Of a DNA stretch of 38,682 nucleotides, positions 37,258 through 38,682 are shown in pieces. The notes under the pieces were generated by a model. That model saw only the letters and a program-made list of their open reading frames with translations. It had not been told where the DNA came from and did not search any database. Within the stretch, counting starts at the first letter, position 1, and each line of letters starts with the position of its first letter. A program made the position numbers and the translations under genes. The DNA is taken from assembly GCA_018971265.1 (NCBI GenBank), contig JAGXBE010000003.1, positions 1 through 38,682 on the forward strand. Direction: 5' to 3'. This DNA comes from Patescibacteria group bacterium. GTDB lineage: Bacteria > Patescibacteriota > Minisyncoccia > Phycocordibacterales > Phycocordibacteraceae.

Positions 37258-37962
37258 TTAGCCGCGAACCGGTTCTGCGCTCGGCTGGCGTACCAGGGCT
37301 TTCTTGTCCTGGTACACGTTGCCCCGATAAATCCAGACCTTGATGCCGATAACGCCGTAAGGCAGATGCGCCTCCTCGTGCGCAAAGTCTATGTCCGCAC
37401 GGAACGTCTGGAGCGGGATACGACCCTTTTTCAACTCTTCCTTGCGGCTCATTTCTGCACCACCAAGTCTTCCCGAAACTGTAATGCGCACGCCTTCGAC
37501 TTCGCGCGCTGCAATTACTTTCTCGATCGTCTGCTTCAGCACGCGGCGGAAAGGCATCCTTTTTTCAAGCCCTTCAGCGACCATGTACGCGACAACGGCG
37601 GCGTCCGTCTCCGGTTGGCGCACCTCGACGATATCGAATTTGAGTGTCCGCCGATCGGCAGGCGCCACCCGTCGTATCGCCTCGGACAATTCCTTGCGCA
37701 ACTTGGTCGCGTTCTCGCCGGAGCGGCCGATGACGAGTCCGGGACGCGCGGTCGCGAGTATAACGCGCAATTCGCTTTCGGAGCGCTCAATCTCGATACC
37801 GCTCGTATAAGTACCGCGCAGCCGCTTTGTAAGGAAACGACGAATCGTTTCATCGACGTTTATGTTCTCGCGGTAGCTTTTCTTGTCGCCCGCGAACCAT
37901 CGGCTTTTCCAGTCTCGGATAATACCGAGGCGGTGCGCGTAGGGATGTACGGTATGTGTCAT
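37258..37962 (-). CDS. rpsC: 30S ribosomal protein S3
   Basis: RLGIIRDWKSRWF, RPGLVIG, SGRLGGAEM, PLQTFRADID. Confidence 0.98.
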   Translation of the reverse strand: MTHTVHPYAHRLGIIRDWKSRWFAGDKKSYRENINVDETIRRFLTKRLRGTYTSGIEIERSESELRVILATARPGLVIGRSGENATKLRKELSEAIRRVAPADRRTLKFDIVEVRQPETDAAVVAYMVAEGLEKRMPFRRVLKQTIEKVIAAREVEGVRITVSGRLGGAEMSRKEELKKGRIPLQTFRADIDFAHEEAHLPYGVIGIKVWIYRGNVYQDKKALVRQPSAEPVRG

Positions 37963-37974
37963 AAAGATTTACGT

Positions 37975-38295
37975 CTATGCGAGGGTCACTCTTACGCGGC
38001 TTTTCCGATGACGGATGAGCGACGCTCGGCCAAAAGCGCGCGGCATATAGCGCTTCAGTATCCCGGCATTCTCGACCGTTATAGATTGTACGGTCAGTTC
38101 CCCGGCGTTCTCGCCGAGATTCTTTGCATTGGCCGCGGCGCTCTTGATGAGTTTTGCAATCGGTTCCGCAGCGCGCTTAGGAAGAAACTGCAGCGCGACG
38201 AGCGCCACTGAGACTTTCTTCCCCTTCACCAGATCGGCGACGAGGCGCATTTTGCGCGGCGATTGATTGTGATTCTCGAGGATTGCGTGTGCCAT
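37975..38295 (-). CDS. rplV: 50S ribosomal protein L22
   Basis: SPRKMRLVADLV, KSAAANA, PRAFGRA. Confidence 0.96.
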   Translation of the reverse strand: MAHAILENHNQSPRKMRLVADLVKGKKVSVALVALQFLPKRAAEPIAKLIKSAAANAKNLGENAGELTVQSITVENAGILKRYMPRAFGRASLIRHRKSRVRVTLA

Positions 38296-38298
38296 AGA

Positions 38299-38637
38299 TT
38301 ATTTACCTGCTGTACTCTCCTTTGATGCCTTGGCGGTAGCAATCTCGGCCTGCTGTTTCTTCTGCTCCATTTCCTTCTGCATCTTACCGCCGTGCCGGAC
38401 GAACTTCTTCGTGGGAGAGAATTCGCCGAGACGGTGCCCGACCATCTCCTCCGAGACGATGACTTCCACATGTTGCTTGCCATTGTGCACGCCGAACGTA
38501 AAGCCGATCATTTCAGGACTTATTTGGCTACGGCGCGCCCATGTCTTTACAACCCCGGCTGATGCCGGTTTTGTACCGATGACCTTCTTCAGGAGCTTGG
38601 CGTCCACGAAGGGTCCTTTCTTAAGTGACCGTGACAT
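38299..38637 (-). CDS. rpsS: 30S ribosomal protein S19 with a C-terminal extension
   Basis: [33 protein letters not shown]. Confidence 0.98.
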   Translation of the reverse strand: MSRSLKKGPFVDAKLLKKVIGTKPASAGVVKTWARRSQISPEMIGFTFGVHNGKQHVEVIVSEEMVGHRLGEFSPTKKFVRHGGKMQKEMEQKKQQAEIATAKASKESTAGK

Positions 38638-38682
38638 GTGAGCAATGAAAAGCCCGCGCGGCGTCTCTACAGACGTCCCGAT

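Noticed and set aside
36829-38211. 460-aa plus-strand ORF and other long antisense ORFs (e.g. 9659-10441, 12655-13716)
   Set aside because: They are shadows of conserved genes on the opposite strand in GC-rich DNA, with no recognisable motifs.

Overview
A chromosomal core-genome segment, most likely from a Patescibacteria/CPR (Parcubacteria-like) bacterium. This taxonomy is inferred from the missing L30 between S5 and L15, a type IV pilus cluster without a secretin, the secG/peptide-binding-protein pair and the general lack of Shine-Dalgarno sites. Left to right the window holds: a type IV pilus/competence cluster (pilM-N-O-P-like, pilB, receiver-only response regulator, pilT, pilC; divergent comF), an Fn3 membrane protein, tRNA-Ser(GCT), groES/EL, secG, an OppA-like protein, RNase J, an MFS transporter, a mutY-HAD-nth-bcp block, a bactofilin-like membrane protein, VKOR, an ECF sigma pair, DedA, an FMN reductase, a secreted PLD-OB nuclease, infC-rpmI-rplT, a beta-CASP nuclease, ndk, map, adk, secY and the spc/S10 ribosomal protein genes. 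Features outside the ORF track: a 14-bp inverted repeat enclosing a TATAAT and supplying part of the pilB start codon; a structured ~130-bp element after tRNA-Ser ending in a degenerate copy of the tRNA 3' end; a 57-aa membrane ORF; a decayed 3'-5' exonuclease pseudogene; a probable short 6S-like RNA; and two further unexplained structured intergenic regions. Two patterns span the window: leaderless-type promoters (-10 box 6-7 nt before the ATG) and repeated loss of cysteine metal-binding motifs (PilB, ComF, MutY, Nth, S14). No CRISPR array, transposase, integrase or prophage gene was seen. All structure and homology calls were made by eye.
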